From Patellaria atrata CBS 101060 (taxonomy: Eukaryota), in NCBI GenBank assembly GCA_010093705.1, contig MU006106.1, forward strand, positions 461,086 to 525,085: 64,000 bases of DNA, read 5' to 3'. Positions 61,448 through 64,000 of this stretch are shown one piece after another. The stretch's first letter is position 1, and the number at the start of each line of letters is the position of its first letter. The notes beneath the pieces were generated by a model. The model saw nothing but the letters and a program-made list of their open reading frames with translations, had not been told where the DNA came from and made no database searches. Both the position numbers and the translations under genes were made by a program.

Positions 61448-64000
61448 CTAGTGAAGACGGAATCTAGCCGCATCCGCCGAATCAGTCTCCACTGGACCGA
61501 AGTCAACGAGGAAACTACCGGTCAATTCGCTAGTAGTATCGTTGTTCTTAAGGCCAGTAGGTTGAAGCAGATCCATAGGAATATCAGGTAGATCCTTCAG
61601 GAACTTGCCAGCAACGACGGGGCCTACAATGAGGGCAACGAACATGATAAGCATGATGAAGTAAAGGATGGCGTAGCGGATGACACGTCGTTTTCGGAGC
61701 TTGGTTTGCTTGAGGGAGTAGATCGGAGGGCGGATTTGACGACTACAGAGTCATTAGCACAAATGTCTGGGAAGATAGTGATTGAGTAAAACATACCTTG
61801 GACGTAGCCAGAAGAGCATCACGGAGTGGAAGGTATCAACGTATGGTACCAGCAGACCCGGAAGTAGAATGAAGAGTAGGATATGTCCAAGGATGAAGTC
61901 CGTCGCGAAGAGACCAAGTTCGGTGATCTTGCAAAGGAACTCACGGCCTGGTTGAGAGAGAGTATGCCAGCCAAGAGCATACCATTTGCCAGTCCACCAA
62001 GCAATATTGGAAGTATCAGCCTTGAATTCTCTCGTCAATGCTAGAGCAATGATGAGTTTGTAGATGAACCGTTGAATGGCAACAACCGTGATCATGCCCA
62101 GGAGAGCTTTCGAGAAATCCCATCCTTCAAGGAAGAACATGACTTCGAAGAAAACGAAAAGCATGATAACAGCAATGGCGTGAGCAATAGCGGCTAAAAC
62201 AGCACCAAACTTCTTGCAGCACATGCTCAGGAGTGGGCCCATACAACATGCCATCAAGAAGAAAATACCAGCGACACCAGCGTTGACCGCGATAGGACCA
62301 AAGGCGCAAAGTGCAACACGGATGAGAGAGTGAGTAGGCCTAAGGTCCTTGCCATCATTGTTCTCCTCAATAACACCCACCTGTGAGTTGATGAAAAGGT
62401 AGGGCACAAGGGTGACGGCAACAAGGAAGAGAGGACTGATGATCTCACTGAATAGCACGTTCCTAAATCGGGCACGCGGAACATCGCCGGAAAGCTTTGA
62501 TGATGGATCGCCCAGGGCCTTGCGCTTGTAACCGGTAATGCGAGTACGCGAAAGACGGCAGAATCCAATCCAGGACGCAGCATGAGACCTTGTGTTACCA
62601 CGGGACAGCCACCTGAGGAATTCGCGGTAGTCGATGAAGAAGTCATTCCAGGCAAACTGGTGCGGGTTGAACATGAAGGGGGAGATGCAAAGTGAGAGCA
62701 GCGAGGCCCAGAAGTAAAGCAGTTCAGCTCCCCAGATGGTTATTGTGCCGAAGAGCAACATCATCAAGGATCTAGCACCGAGATAGATTGAAGGACCGGC
62801 AAACCGTGAGTACAAGATACCAAAGGGGATACGAGCAGTTGCGAAGCCACGTCCAGTACCAATGTAACGAGCACCACCGAAAGCCAAATCATTGTGGAGT
62901 GAGTTCGCGTAGATTTGACAGACGAAGATCTCGAACATGGGCGACAAAGAGGAGAAGTGCTTTGCCAGACGAGTAGCTGCTCGCCAGAGACCACGTTCTG
63001 TAAGTTCTTGGACGACCAAAGGTACGAAAGAGATGAAGAAGACGATGAAGATGGAGACAACACAACGCTCAACCCAGTCGAAGATGGGATTGAGGTTGGC
63101 GCAACCAGTGGGCATTAGTGGATCGGTCTTCGGAGCACCCTTCTTGACATGGCAGAGTTGAGTCTCGTGTCGCAAAGCTCCCAAATTGATCAGTACGAAC
63201 ATGAAGAACTGTACCGACAAGATGATGAACAGGTTATTGATGTGGAACCCAGGGTGAGCGTAATAGAATGACAAGAAACGATCAAGAGGAAGCTGTGTAC
63301 CAAGGTAGTAGTATTCACGAGACAGCATTTGTTCGCCCATGCCAGTACCGATCTTGGTGGTGAAGTTGAGAATGGAGCCAAAACCAAGATCACGACCTTT
63401 ACCGCACTGGTAGTATTCGCAATGCTTTATCCTACCGCCGCGGATAAGAGCATTCATACCAGCGTAGATATCCTCGTTGAGATGCAAGCCCTTTTGAGCT
63501 TTGGAGACACCTCCACGAGTAGTCATGAAAATACCGTTGAGGAAATCCGGATGACCGTAATGCAATTTACCACCGATTTGGGCCAATGAACGAGCAAACA
63601 TAGTACCAAACGTCTGTTCTTTACCAGCTGCGACATCACCGAGCATACCAATGTTCTCAGAGAAGATGTACTCGCGAGCTCCGAGAATAGCAACGGGGTT
63701 GAAGTTGGACGGTTGAGCACCTGGTGCATACGGCGATACATTGTCGGTGGTCATCTCCTCGAATTCAGCAAGCACACTTCGAATCTTCAAGCATTCTTCG
63801 AGATAGTTGTCCTGGTTGGCATCGATGAGCTGGATGTACTCTCCACGATAGAAGATGATACAATGATTTTGATTGTCAGATTTACCGTCACCGAGGATGG
63901 GATTACCAGAGAGCTGAATTCGGAATTTAGGGCGACGCATGCCATTCTCCATCAACTCGGAGTGACCGTCGATGAGCGCAGAGTACAAGCGCGGATCTTC
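61448..64000 (-). CDS. FKS1: 1,3-beta-glucan synthase catalytic subunit, 3' part (truncated by the window edge); intron ~61744-61796
   Basis: [72 protein letters not shown]. Confidence 0.98.

Noticed and set aside
1..64000. Biosynthetic gene cluster, CRISPR array, tRNA/rRNA genes, stop-codon readthrough signals
   Set aside because: No backbone enzymes, repeat-spacer arrays, cloverleaf structures or TGA-CTA contexts at the stops I checked; neighbouring genes are functionally unrelated.

Overview
Gene-dense euchromatic region of a filamentous ascomycete (Pezizomycotina; short GT-AG introns with CTRAY branch points; exact taxon not determinable). About 26 protein-coding loci, mostly housekeeping: an ACS-family MFS permease, RPT3, TIP20/RINT-1, NOP9, TFC4, SYS1, COA6, a microbial-type PARG-like (DUF2263) protein, mitochondrial AsnRS, an MRS3/4 carrier, a Yta6/Sap1-like AAA ATPase, an SPX-RING ligase, JJJ1, RPL29, a Grainyhead/CP2 transcription factor, a CENP-K-like protein, a triple-KH RNA-binding protein, a BTB protein, LCB1 and the 3' part of FKS1. 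I found no intact transposon, tRNA, rRNA or secondary-metabolite cluster, and no clearly new multi-gene system. Best leads: (1) an ORF-less multi-hairpin element at ~30.72-30.96 kb that looks like an unannotated structured ncRNA in an intron of a non-coding transcript; (2) spliced genes that the ORF track misses or fragments (a 170-aa secreted-type protein at 15971-16533, RPL29); (3) a CaaX box on the SPX-RING ligase; (4) a long open, acid-free N-terminal extension and a variant catalytic loop in the PARG-like gene; (5) a required GC-AG intron; (6) a recurrent C-rich to G-rich switch along genes. All exon boundaries were inferred by eye.
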